Source of the DNA: an uncultured Lentimicrobiaceae bacterium
GTDB taxonomy: Bacteria; Bacteroidota; Bacteroidia; Bacteroidales; JAGONC01
DNA: 64,000 nt
Direction of reading: 5' to 3'
NCBI GenBank assembly: GCA_964628285.1
Contig: CAZVNP010000012.1
Location: 726 to 64,725, forward strand
Below, piece by piece: positions 19,176 to 27,696 of the stretch. Within the stretch, counting starts at the first letter, position 1. Each line of letters starts with the position of its first letter. Below the pieces are notes generated by a model. That model had not been told where the DNA came from. It saw nothing but the letters and a program-made list of their open reading frames with translations, and ran no database searches. Both the position numbers and the translations under genes were made by a program.

Positions 19176-22100
19176 TTATGCGAAAACTCTTTTCCTGCGC
19201 AAGGCTCTTTTCTCCCTGAGGCGTTCAAATTCATAGGCTATAGGCGTTGAGATCGCCACGGATGAATAGGATCCGAGTCCGATGCCGATCATAAGGGCGA
19301 ATGCAAAACCACGGATGACCTCTCCACCCAGCAGGAAGATGACCACCAAGACCAGAACGGTGGTTCCGGAGGTGTTGATGGTACGTCCAAGGGTGCTGTT
19401 GATGGCGCCGGTGATGTTATCTCCCAGATCTCTCTTGGGATAGAGTTTATTATATTCCCTGACCCGGTCGAATACGATCACGCTGTCGTTGATCGAATAC
19501 CCGATGATGGTCAGGATGGCCGCAATGGTGGTTTGATCCACCTCCAGACTGAAGGGCACGATGCCGTTGAATATGGAATAGAGAGAGATGGTGATGAGTG
19601 AGTCATGGATAAGGCAAATGACGCCTCCCAACCCGAACGACCATCGCTTGAATCGTATGGCAATGTACACAAAGATGGCTATGAGGGCAAAAAATACGGC
19701 CCACACCGACTGCCGTTTGATATCGGCAGCCACTACCGGTCCCACTTTCTGTGAACTCTGTATCCCGATGTACTTGTTCTGTGTCTCCGTCGAGAAATCC
19801 TTATAACTGATGGGATCCTTGTAAAAGGATTTCAGTCCGTCGTAAAGTTTCGTCTGGACAATGGAGTCAGCCGTTGGACTATCGCTGTCGATCAGGTATT
19901 TGGTTGTAATCTTGACCTGCGAGTTGGCACCGAAGGTTTTCACTTCGGGCGGATTTGGGAATACCTTCGCCAGTGCAGAGCGGATCTCATCGGTTCTGAC
20001 ATCCTGGTCAAAACGGACCACAAAAGTACGGCCGCCGGCGAAATCAATACCCGGATTTAATCCTCTGAACACCAGTGATGTAATGCCGATGAGACTAAGG
20101 ACAATGGAAAAGATATACAGGTTTTTCCTGATCTTAACCCATGGTACATGTGCCCCGACCATGAAATTCAGGGTATAACGGTTGGCAAATGAAATGGACC
20201 GGTTCCTGTCGAGCATGGAGGTGAAGATGATCCTCGAAACAAAGATGGCGGTGAACAGGGATGTCAGGATACCTATAATGAGGGTGGTGGCGAAACCCTG
20301 GACGGGTCCTGTGCCGAAAATGTAAAGAATAATACCGGTGAGCAGTGTGGTGACGTTACCGTCGATGATGGCCGAATAGGCGTGTTTGTATCCGTCGCTG
20401 ATGGCCAAACGCATGCCTTTGCCGGCTCTGACCTCCTCCTTGACTCGTTCATAAATGATAACATTGGCGTCAACGGCCATACCCATGGTCAGCACGATAC
20501 CTGCCAGTCCGGGAAGGGTAAGGGTGGCACCCAGCGAGGCCATCACACCCATGAGAAGGAAGATGTTGGTTATCAGGGCCGTATCAGCGATGACACCGGC
20601 GAGATTATAGAAGAAGAGCATGTATATCAAAACGCCAAGGAGGGCGAACAGGAAGGAATGAAGACCGGCATTGATGGCCTCTTTTCCCAGCGAGGGGCCC
20701 ACCACCTCTTCCTGGATGATATGAGCCGGTGCCGGCAGCTTGCCTGCCTTCAGGATATTGGCCATATCCTGGGCTTCTTCTACCGTCATGCCACCGCCGG
20801 AGATGGATGACTGACCGTTGGGGATTTCGGATTTCACATTAGGAGCCGAACGCACATAGCCGTCCAGGACGATGGCGATTTGTTTACCCACATTCTCTCC
20901 TGTCAGTCTCTTCCATATTCTGGCGCCCTCGTTGTTCATTGACATAGACACCTCGGGTTGCCCGTTCTGGTCATAATCCTGGAAGGCATTCACGATCACA
21001 TCGCCGCTCAGCGGTGCGGTGCCGTCGCGTGTGGTGACTTTCAGGGCATAGAGGGTCAGGATGTCCTCTTTCTGCTGCCGTTCCGGTTTAGCTGTCCAGG
21101 CCAGTTGCAGATCCAGCGGGAGCTGATCTTTCACTGACTTCAGATAGGCATCCACGGCGGCTGTATCCTTAATGGCGGCAAAACCGACGGCGGCACCCTG
21201 GGAAGCATAGAACTGGCCGTCTTTCTGGTAATATGCCGGTGTGAGAACGCTGAATAACGGATTGTTCTCGGCCCATTTTTCACGCTTCTGTTCTATTTTT
21301 GAGGTGTCGGCCTTGGTCGTATCGGCTGATATCAGTTTTTCAAGGGAGGCCTCCGCGGAAGTATCCGCGGAAGCTGTTGCCGTCGTTTCAGTGACTTTGC
21401 CGGGAGTTTTAGCCGTTCCCGGCGTCATGGCCAGAAGGGAATCACGTTTCTCGCGTTCCTCGGCGAGAATCGATTTCAGCTTTTCATTGGCGGCACTAAA
21501 AGCTGATGCCAGGTCGGTGAACTGGTAAGTCTCCCAGAATTCGAGGTTAGCCGTGCCTTGTAAGAGCTTTCTGACACGCTCGGGATCTTTTATGCCGGGA
21601 AGTTCTATCAGTATCCTGCCGCTGGCGGGTAAACGCTGGATATTGGGCTGGGTCACACCGAAACGGTCGATACGTGTCCTGAGGATCTGGAACGTCCGGT
21701 CAATGGCGCCATTGGTCTCATCACGGATGACCTTCATCACATCCGCATTGGAGGAGGTGGCGTTGATGCCCTTGCTTTTAAACTCGTAAGCGAAAAGGGC
21801 AGCCAGCCTGGCATTGGGATCAATCTGGGTGAAGGACTCATTAAAAAGAGAGAGAAAATCTTTACCTGTTTTCTTTTGTTTTTCCTCAGCCATCCTGAGG
21901 GCTTCGTCGAAGGTAGGATCCTTGCTGTTGCCTGACAGGCTTTTTAAAATGTCAGCCTCCGAAACCTCCATCATAACGTTCATCCCTCCTTTCAGGTCAA
22001 GGCCGAGGTTTATCTCACGTTCCTTACAGTCTTTGTAAGTGTATTTTTTCAATAGAATGTTATAGACAACAACATTCGACATCGAATCCAGGTAATGCCT

Positions 22101-22313
22101 GTCGCGTTCCTGCGAAATGGAATCAAAGACATATGTTTCTTTCAGTGGATTGCCTTCGGATATTTCTTTTGCAAGTGTAACCGCTTGTTCATTTACGGAA
22201 AATGCTTTTGCTCTATTCTCAACAATTTTGGTAACTAAAGTAAAGGACAGTTGGAACAAACTCACCAAAGCAAGTATGATGGCAAACGTCAAAATCGCTC
22301 CTCTGTTCTGCAT
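19176..22313 (-). CDS. secDF: Protein translocase subunit SecDF (fused)
   Basis: 1045 aa with an N-terminal TM segment, a large periplasmic domain and two 6-TM blocks. Motifs include LGLDLKGGM and GPSLG; the SecF half includes GIDFAGGR. Confidence 0.95.
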   Translation of the reverse strand: MQNRGAILTFAIILALVSLFQLSFTLVTKIVENRAKAFSVNEQAVTLAKEISEGNPLKETYVFDSISQERDRHYLDSMSNVVVYNILLKKYTYKDCKEREINLGLDLKGGMNVMMEVSEADILKSLSGNSKDPTFDEALRMAEEKQKKTGKDFLSLFNESFTQIDPNARLAALFAYEFKSKGINATSSNADVMKVIRDETNGAIDRTFQILRTRIDRFGVTQPNIQRLPASGRILIELPGIKDPERVRKLLQGTANLEFWETYQFTDLASAFSAANEKLKSILAEEREKRDSLLAMTPGTAKTPGKVTETTATASADTSAEASLEKLISADTTKADTSKIEQKREKWAENNPLFSVLTPAYYQKDGQFYASQGAAVGFAAIKDTAAVDAYLKSVKDQLPLDLQLAWTAKPERQQKEDILTLYALKVTTRDGTAPLSGDVIVNAFQDYDQNGQPEVSMSMNNEGARIWKRLTGENVGKQIAIVLDGYVRSAPNVKSEIPNGQSSISGGGMTVEEAQDMANILKAGKLPAPAHIIQEEVVGPSLGKEAINAGLHSFLFALLGVLIYMLFFYNLAGVIADTALITNIFLLMGVMASLGATLTLPGLAGIVLTMGMAVDANVIIYERVKEEVRAGKGMRLAISDGYKHAYSAIIDGNVTTLLTGIILYIFGTGPVQGFATTLIIGILTSLFTAIFVSRIIFTSMLDRNRSISFANRYTLNFMVGAHVPWVKIRKNLYIFSIVLSLIGITSLVFRGLNPGIDFAGGRTFVVRFDQDVRTDEIRSALAKVFPNPPEVKTFGANSQVKITTKYLIDSDSPTADSIVQTKLYDGLKSFYKDPISYKDFSTETQNKYIGIQSSQKVGPVVAADIKRQSVWAVFFALIAIFVYIAIRFKRWSFGLGGVICLIHDSLITISLYSIFNGIVPFSLEVDQTTIAAILTIIGYSINDSVIVFDRVREYNKLYPKRDLGDNITGAINSTLGRTINTSGTTVLVLVVIFLLGGEVIRGFAFALMIGIGLGSYSSVAISTPIAYEFERLREKRALRRKRVFA

Positions 22314-22364
22314 GTGTTTAAAATTAAATCGATTAGATTAAAACTGCCAATTTTTTTAAGGCTG

Positions 22365-22372
22365 CAAATATA
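22365..22372 (-). promoter_or_regulatory. Putative -7 promoter box (TAnnTTTG)
   Basis: TATATTTG on the minus strand, 51 nt upstream of the secDF ATG at 22313. Confidence 0.35.
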
Positions 22373-22534
22373 GAAATACATTCCCAATATTACAATCACT
22401 CCAAATAAAGATTTTAAAGGGGCGCTTCCAATCGCTTCATTAAAAAAAGAAATAGTTTATTTTAATGGGTTGCCTGTATAATCATAAACGATTATCTTTA
22501 TGATTTCGTTTATATGAATTATGATTGACAGAAT

Positions 22535-24811
22535 ATGAAAACCCTTATACTCTTGCTTTCCCTATATGTGCCTTTTATTACCGGAGGACAGACGGTTCCG
22601 GACCCGGTGATGCCACTGGATGATTACAACGACTTTGGATTCATGAAGGATTTTTCCGTTCCGGTCTTTGATATCTATGGCACTCTATACGTACAGCCAT
22701 GGGTGGGAGGAATGAACTCATGCCAGTTCTCGGAAATTGATTTGAATGATGACGGGGTAAAGGATCTTTTCGTGTTCGACCGTCATGGTAACCGGATCAT
22801 GCCGTTTATTAATCATGGGACCAAGGGGATACCGGATTATTCTTATGCCCCTGAATTCATCATCAAATTTCCTTATCTGCATGACTGGGTTAATCTGGTG
22901 GATTATGACTGCGACGGCCGGGAAGATATTTTCACCTATACCATTGGAGGCATCCGTATATACAGGAATATCAGCGAGACAGGCACAGGACTGAAATTTG
23001 AACTGGTGGCCCCCATCCTTTATTCCTATTATTATACAGGATATGTTAATTTATTTGCCCTTGTTGATGATTATCCTGTTTTCAGTGACATTGATCTGGA
23101 TGGCGATATCGACATACTGAATTTCTGGACCCTGGGGAAATATGTGAATTACCACAAGAACCTTTCGATAGAGAAATACGGGACCTGCGACAGCCTGGAT
23201 TATATCCTGACGGAGGATTGCTGGGGTTATTTTTCGGAGAGTGAATCATCCAATGTTTTGACCCTTAATATCACATGTGGTCAGGATGGGAGCCGGTCAG
23301 CACAACCCGATCAGAACAGGCATTCCGGATCCACCTTGCTGGCCCTTGACCTGAATGGGGATAATGTCAAAGATATTGTGATCGGCGATGTTGATTATTC
23401 CAACCTGATCTCTCTGATCAATGGCGGGACCGTTGATTCGGCTCATATGATCAGCCAGGATACCCTGTTCCCTCAGGGGCATCCGGTGGAGTTGATGTCC
23501 ATGCCATCGGCTCAGTACCTTGATCTTGATAACGACGGCGTGAAGGACCTCGTCGTCTCACCCTTTGATCCTTCCTATGACAGGTCGCAGAATGACCACA
23601 GCATCTGGTATTATAAGAATAACGGGACCAACGGCCATCCTCATTTTGATTTTCAGCAGGACGACTTCCTTCAGGACGAAATGATCGATGTGGGCGGTGG
23701 CGCTTATCCTGTGGTCTGTGATGTTGACAAGGACGGACTGAACGACCTGCTGGTGGGTAATTTCGGATACCTGGATTCCACCTGGCATGACCACGGTTTT
23801 CTGTATTTCCGTTACCGCTCGCAGATAGCTTTTTTCAGGAACACCGGCACGGCCGGTGCCCCGGAATATCACCTGGTTGACAACGATTTTGGCCACCTTT
23901 CTTCCCTTAAAATCCTTGGTGCTTATCCTGCCATGGCCGACATCGACGGTGACGGTGATGCCGACATGCTGGTAGGCAATGCCGACGGCACGCTTTACTA
24001 TTTGCTGAATGTTGCGGGTCCGGGTGAGATACCCATTTTTACGGCCGCACAGGCCGATTACCAGAACATTGATGTGGGTGATTACAGCACGCCACAGCTT
24101 GTCGATCTGAACAGGGATTCCTATGTCGATCTCGTCATCGGTGAATCCAACGGCAACCTGCATTATTATGCCAACACCGGCACACACCAGAACCCGCAAT
24201 TCTCTTTGATCACCGACTATCTGGGCGGTGTGGATGTGACCAATCCCAACCTGTCACTGTTCGGATACAGCGTGCCGTGCTTTTTTGAGGTGAATGGCGA
24301 ATACCGGCTGTTCGTCGGGTCGGAGTTCGGCGATATCTTTTATTATAAGGACATCGACGGCCATCTGGACGGCACATTCACTCTCTCTGACCCCCATCTG
24401 CTTTACATCAGCGAAGGATACCGCACGGGAGTAACCATATTGAATTACAACGGCGATCAATATCCCGATATGATCATAGGCAACTGGGCCGGAGGGCTGG
24501 CATTGTACAAAGGCGTGACCCCGGGGCCGGCGGGGATTGGCACGGACGTCAAAGAGCCGCTTCCCGTGATGAATCTCCGGCCTAATCCTGCCGGCGGTAC
24601 GGTGAGGGTATCCTTTAAAGGTTGTTATGACACTAAAAACATCGACCTGCATATCTGCGATGTTTTTGGTCGTGATATGAACGTAACGGTCCTCTCAAGG
24701 GATAATAATGAAATAAAACTGGATATCTCGGCCATGAAACCGGGTGTGTACCTCGTTTATCCGGTCATTAACGGCTTCAAAGGAAAAGGGGAGAGAATGG
24801 TCGTGAAATAG
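22535..24811 (+). CDS. FG-GAP/VCBS repeat protein with T9SS CTD
   Basis: 758 aa with a signal peptide. At least nine D-x-D/N-x-D-G-x-x-D-hydrophobic calcium-loop repeats are present (DLNDDGVKDLFVFD, DIDGDGDADMLVGN and others). The CTD reads LRPNPAGGTVRVSF...GVYLVYP. Confidence 0.8.
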   Translation: MKTLILLLSLYVPFITGGQTVPDPVMPLDDYNDFGFMKDFSVPVFDIYGTLYVQPWVGGMNSCQFSEIDLNDDGVKDLFVFDRHGNRIMPFINHGTKGIPDYSYAPEFIIKFPYLHDWVNLVDYDCDGREDIFTYTIGGIRIYRNISETGTGLKFELVAPILYSYYYTGYVNLFALVDDYPVFSDIDLDGDIDILNFWTLGKYVNYHKNLSIEKYGTCDSLDYILTEDCWGYFSESESSNVLTLNITCGQDGSRSAQPDQNRHSGSTLLALDLNGDNVKDIVIGDVDYSNLISLINGGTVDSAHMISQDTLFPQGHPVELMSMPSAQYLDLDNDGVKDLVVSPFDPSYDRSQNDHSIWYYKNNGTNGHPHFDFQQDDFLQDEMIDVGGGAYPVVCDVDKDGLNDLLVGNFGYLDSTWHDHGFLYFRYRSQIAFFRNTGTAGAPEYHLVDNDFGHLSSLKILGAYPAMADIDGDGDADMLVGNADGTLYYLLNVAGPGEIPIFTAAQADYQNIDVGDYSTPQLVDLNRDSYVDLVIGESNGNLHYYANTGTHQNPQFSLITDYLGGVDVTNPNLSLFGYSVPCFFEVNGEYRLFVGSEFGDIFYYKDIDGHLDGTFTLSDPHLLYISEGYRTGVTILNYNGDQYPDMIIGNWAGGLALYKGVTPGPAGIGTDVKEPLPVMNLRPNPAGGTVRVSFKGCYDTKNIDLHICDVFGRDMNVTVLSRDNNEIKLDISAMKPGVYLVYPVINGFKGKGERMVVK

Positions 24812-24927
24812 GAAATATGTGATTTTGTCCCTGTATAGCTATTGAATGTGATCGCTTTGCGATTCATTGGCACATCCGCACATTAATTAATCAGCACATC
24901 AATTCTTGCTTTCATAAGATTTTTCAA

Positions 24928-24935
24928 TATTTTTG
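24928..24935 (+). promoter_or_regulatory. Putative -7 promoter box (TAnnTTTG)
   Basis: TATTTTTG, 75 nt upstream of the ATG at 25011. Confidence 0.3.
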
Positions 24936-25010
24936 CCTTTTCATTTTTATTAATCATTATTGTTGGATTACGGCTTATGCCAGTGTTCTGCACTTAAAAT
25001 CAATTTATTT

Positions 25011-25400
25011 ATGAAAAAAATCATTTTGACCCTTGGCGTGATTATTATTGCGCTTGTCCTTGTCAATTCATGCAAGAAGGAATGTAACTGTGACAATGGA
25101 TCCCCTTACGGGACATGGACGCGCCTGATCGTTAATACAGATACCCTTCAGGAGTCGGCAGAGATCACCATTACGACCGATTCGCTTCATTTTATTGTAG
25201 TAGGAGATACAGCCGGTGTTTATAACACAGATGCCGGGGTACTCTTCGACGGTGATCAGATGCTCATAACCGATAGTGATTGTGGCAGCACCGGGATATA
25301 TAAGTATTTTGTAGATGAAGAAACGCTGTCATTGTATGCCAAAGAAGACAGTTGCGAAGCACGAGTCAGAAGCCTGGAGGGTATCTGGCATAAGAAGTAA
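25011..25400 (+). CDS. Small lipoprotein, lipocalin-like (GTW motif)
   Basis: The ORF opens with TTG at 24960, but a canonical lipoprotein signal MKKIILTLGVIIIALVLVNSC starts at the ATG at 25011. The mature part of about 110 aa is rich in beta-strand-like segments, with SPYGTWTRL near its N-terminus and GIWHKK at the end. Confidence 0.7.
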   Translation: MKKIILTLGVIIIALVLVNSCKKECNCDNGSPYGTWTRLIVNTDTLQESAEITITTDSLHFIVVGDTAGVYNTDAGVLFDGDQMLITDSDCGSTGIYKYFVDEETLSLYAKEDSCEARVRSLEGIWHKK

Positions 25401-25422
25401 TCCCTCAAACAACGCGGATCAG

Positions 25423-25496
25423 TGGAGTATGCCGGATTCGAACCGGCGACCTCTACAATGCGAGTGTAGCGCTCTGGCCACCTGAGCTAATACCCC
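25423..25496 (-). tRNA. tRNA-Ala (anticodon CGC)
   Basis: The reverse complement folds as a 74-nt cloverleaf: GGGGTAT/TA/GCTC-AGGTGGCCA-GAGC/G/CTACA-CTCGCAT-TGTAG/AGGTC/GCCGG-TTCGAAT-CCGGC/ATACTCC/A. It has the G3:U70 alanine identity pair, anticodon CGC and discriminator A. CCA is not encoded. Confidence 0.95.
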
Positions 25497-25530
25497 GTTT
25501 GTCTAATGGATCAGCAATATTTTATGTCAA

Positions 25531-27660
25531 TTATTCCACGACCACCTTTCGTGTAACGACGCTTTTTTCGCCGCAAATGCGCAGAACATAGATTCCTTTC
25601 GATACTCCTGACAGGTCGATGCTGACAGAATGATTTACTTTTTCGGGAGCAACGGTCCTGTTAAAGACGACTTCGCCGGTCACAGAGAGCAGTTGCATCC
25701 GGCAGGTTCCGGCTGTCTGTGGTGAATATTCCACGTTCAGTCTGTCTGTGGCAGGATTCGGAAAGACCCTGAGATCGCCGGACAATTGCTGATCGTTTAT
25801 TCCCACGTTGTCCGTTTCGTAGTAAGCTTCCCATCCCGGTCCTGTGATGCTGGCATTGGAGTAAAAGTTGATCAGCATGGCTCCGTTGGTGGTGATCGTT
25901 GGCGGTATGGTGTTACCCGAAAAGCTTCCCACAGGTGCCGGAGGATCAGCCGACAGGTCGATGACCTGCATGATATCGTGACCGGCTTCGGTGCCGAAGG
26001 CCGTAAAGGTCAGGGTGATCTGACTGGCATCCGGAGGTGCGATCTTCCAGCGGCATAACGTATTGTTATTGTAATTTTTCGTGCCGCTGCCGTCGGTGAC
26101 TGTCCCCGATGCGTCCGTCAGCGTCGCCCAGTTCTGGCAATAGTCGGCAATTTCGGAGATATATTGAGCCTGGAAGCCGGGTGCGGAAGTATTGTCGTTG
26201 GTGGTGAAGACGACAAGGATCGTATTGCCTGTGGCGGTGACGACAGGCAGGCTGCTGCCCGAGTATGTCCCCGAGTAAGTGCCGAGCACCGGTGCGTCGG
26301 TGGAGCTGCCGTCATAGACCGTCACCACATCGTTGACGGGCTCCGTCTCAAAGCGTGTAAATGAAAGGGTCACACTCGAAACGGAGTCATCGGGATTTTG
26401 AGGTGAGATCAGCCAGCTCATGTTCAGGTCGTTGAGGTAGTCTTCCACCGGCCCGCTGCCGTCCTCGAATGACCCTGATTTGGCAGTGAGGGTCATAGGC
26501 TCGGTCCAGTAATAGGGATAGCCGTCGCCCGGGTGGATGTTGACCACGGCGCCCTGCCAAAAGCTGAATCCACCGACATCGTCAACGGTATAGTAACCGT
26601 TGTTCTGTCCGCTCCAGCCGAAGTTAAAGTGAAAATTATCGCCCTGGTAGCCGTCGCATACGAAGGCGTGGCCCCCTGAACCGTTGAAGCCTGAATAGTA
26701 CATCGGCCAGCTCTGGTCAAGCTGCGATTTTAAAAGATTGATCCAATTTGTCGTGGAATAATTATCCTTTTGAACATAATTAACTTCAGTAGCATAGTTA
26801 AAATAATTCCGCAGAGCCGTTTCCACGTCATCGCTGTTGGCGCCGGAGCCGTTGGGGCTGTAATTCATATCGACCGATACGCCGCAGTGGAACTGCAACT
26901 GTGCGATGGCGTCAATGCTTTCGGGATCGCTGCCGTTGGTGATGGCGTCGAGCATGGCGTTCCAGTTGTAATATGTCGCTCCGAAGTTGGCCGTGAGGGT
27001 GCCGTACGACCCGGCATAATATGAATGCGATCCCGTGCCGTGGAGCGGATAACGCCAGTAATACATGACCATCGACATGGCTGTGGCCACACAGCCGGCA
27101 TACACATGCCCGCCGGGACCCATGGGATCGGCCGGACACCATGAATTATAAGGATTGTCCTGGTTCCACATGCAGGTGAGCAGGGGCTCCACATCCCTGG
27201 AGCGCGTCACCGTTTTCAGGGTCGACGCATCATTTGTCAGCAGTCGGTCCCATTCGGCTTTTATCTCAGCAGTCGCTGTCAGCGACAATTGCCGGCAGTA
27301 AGCAACCTCCCCGGCATAATTCAGCATCCAGTTCCGGTAATTGTCGGGTTGGTTGTCGCTCTGATAATGCCTGTCATAAGAGTAGCCAATAACAGGTGGC
27401 AGGGCATCGTCGGCCGGGATGATCACAAAACCGTCATTGACATTAAAAACATAATAGACCACCTTGTCCTGATAGGCCACAGGCATGGTTCCCGTTATCG
27501 TCACCTCGCCGTAAGTTGTGGCATGCCGGTATTGGTTCGTCAGCTCATAAAAAACATTTTTCGCTACCCGGGACGCATCCTCCACAGTGATATTTTTGGA
27601 GAATAACGGACCGGCAACGAACAGCAGCAATGGAATAATGATTCCGGCTTTGTATTTCAT
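25531..27660 (-). CDS. C10-family (streptopain/PrtT-like) cysteine peptidase with propeptide, two CUB-like domains and T9SS CTD
   Basis: 709 aa with a signal peptide and a Spi-type propeptide (ITVEDASRVAKNVFYE). The catalytic Cys context is NPYNSWCP...YAGCVATAMSMVMYYWRYP (C190). The His context is GGHAFVCDGY (H331). Two modules of about 110 aa resemble CUB (SGSFEDGSGP...MSWLISP...VTVYDGSS...GFQAQY, and GTVTDGSG...CRWKIAP...). The CTD reads LRVFPNPATDRLNVEY...GIYVLRI. Confidence 0.85.
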   Translation of the reverse strand: MKYKAGIIIPLLLFVAGPLFSKNITVEDASRVAKNVFYELTNQYRHATTYGEVTITGTMPVAYQDKVVYYVFNVNDGFVIIPADDALPPVIGYSYDRHYQSDNQPDNYRNWMLNYAGEVAYCRQLSLTATAEIKAEWDRLLTNDASTLKTVTRSRDVEPLLTCMWNQDNPYNSWCPADPMGPGGHVYAGCVATAMSMVMYYWRYPLHGTGSHSYYAGSYGTLTANFGATYYNWNAMLDAITNGSDPESIDAIAQLQFHCGVSVDMNYSPNGSGANSDDVETALRNYFNYATEVNYVQKDNYSTTNWINLLKSQLDQSWPMYYSGFNGSGGHAFVCDGYQGDNFHFNFGWSGQNNGYYTVDDVGGFSFWQGAVVNIHPGDGYPYYWTEPMTLTAKSGSFEDGSGPVEDYLNDLNMSWLISPQNPDDSVSSVTLSFTRFETEPVNDVVTVYDGSSTDAPVLGTYSGTYSGSSLPVVTATGNTILVVFTTNDNTSAPGFQAQYISEIADYCQNWATLTDASGTVTDGSGTKNYNNNTLCRWKIAPPDASQITLTFTAFGTEAGHDIMQVIDLSADPPAPVGSFSGNTIPPTITTNGAMLINFYSNASITGPGWEAYYETDNVGINDQQLSGDLRVFPNPATDRLNVEYSPQTAGTCRMQLLSVTGEVVFNRTVAPEKVNHSVSIDLSGVSKGIYVLRICGEKSVVTRKVVVE

Positions 27661-27696
27661 GGAACGTCTCTGATTTAAGTTGGTTTGAAATAAAGT

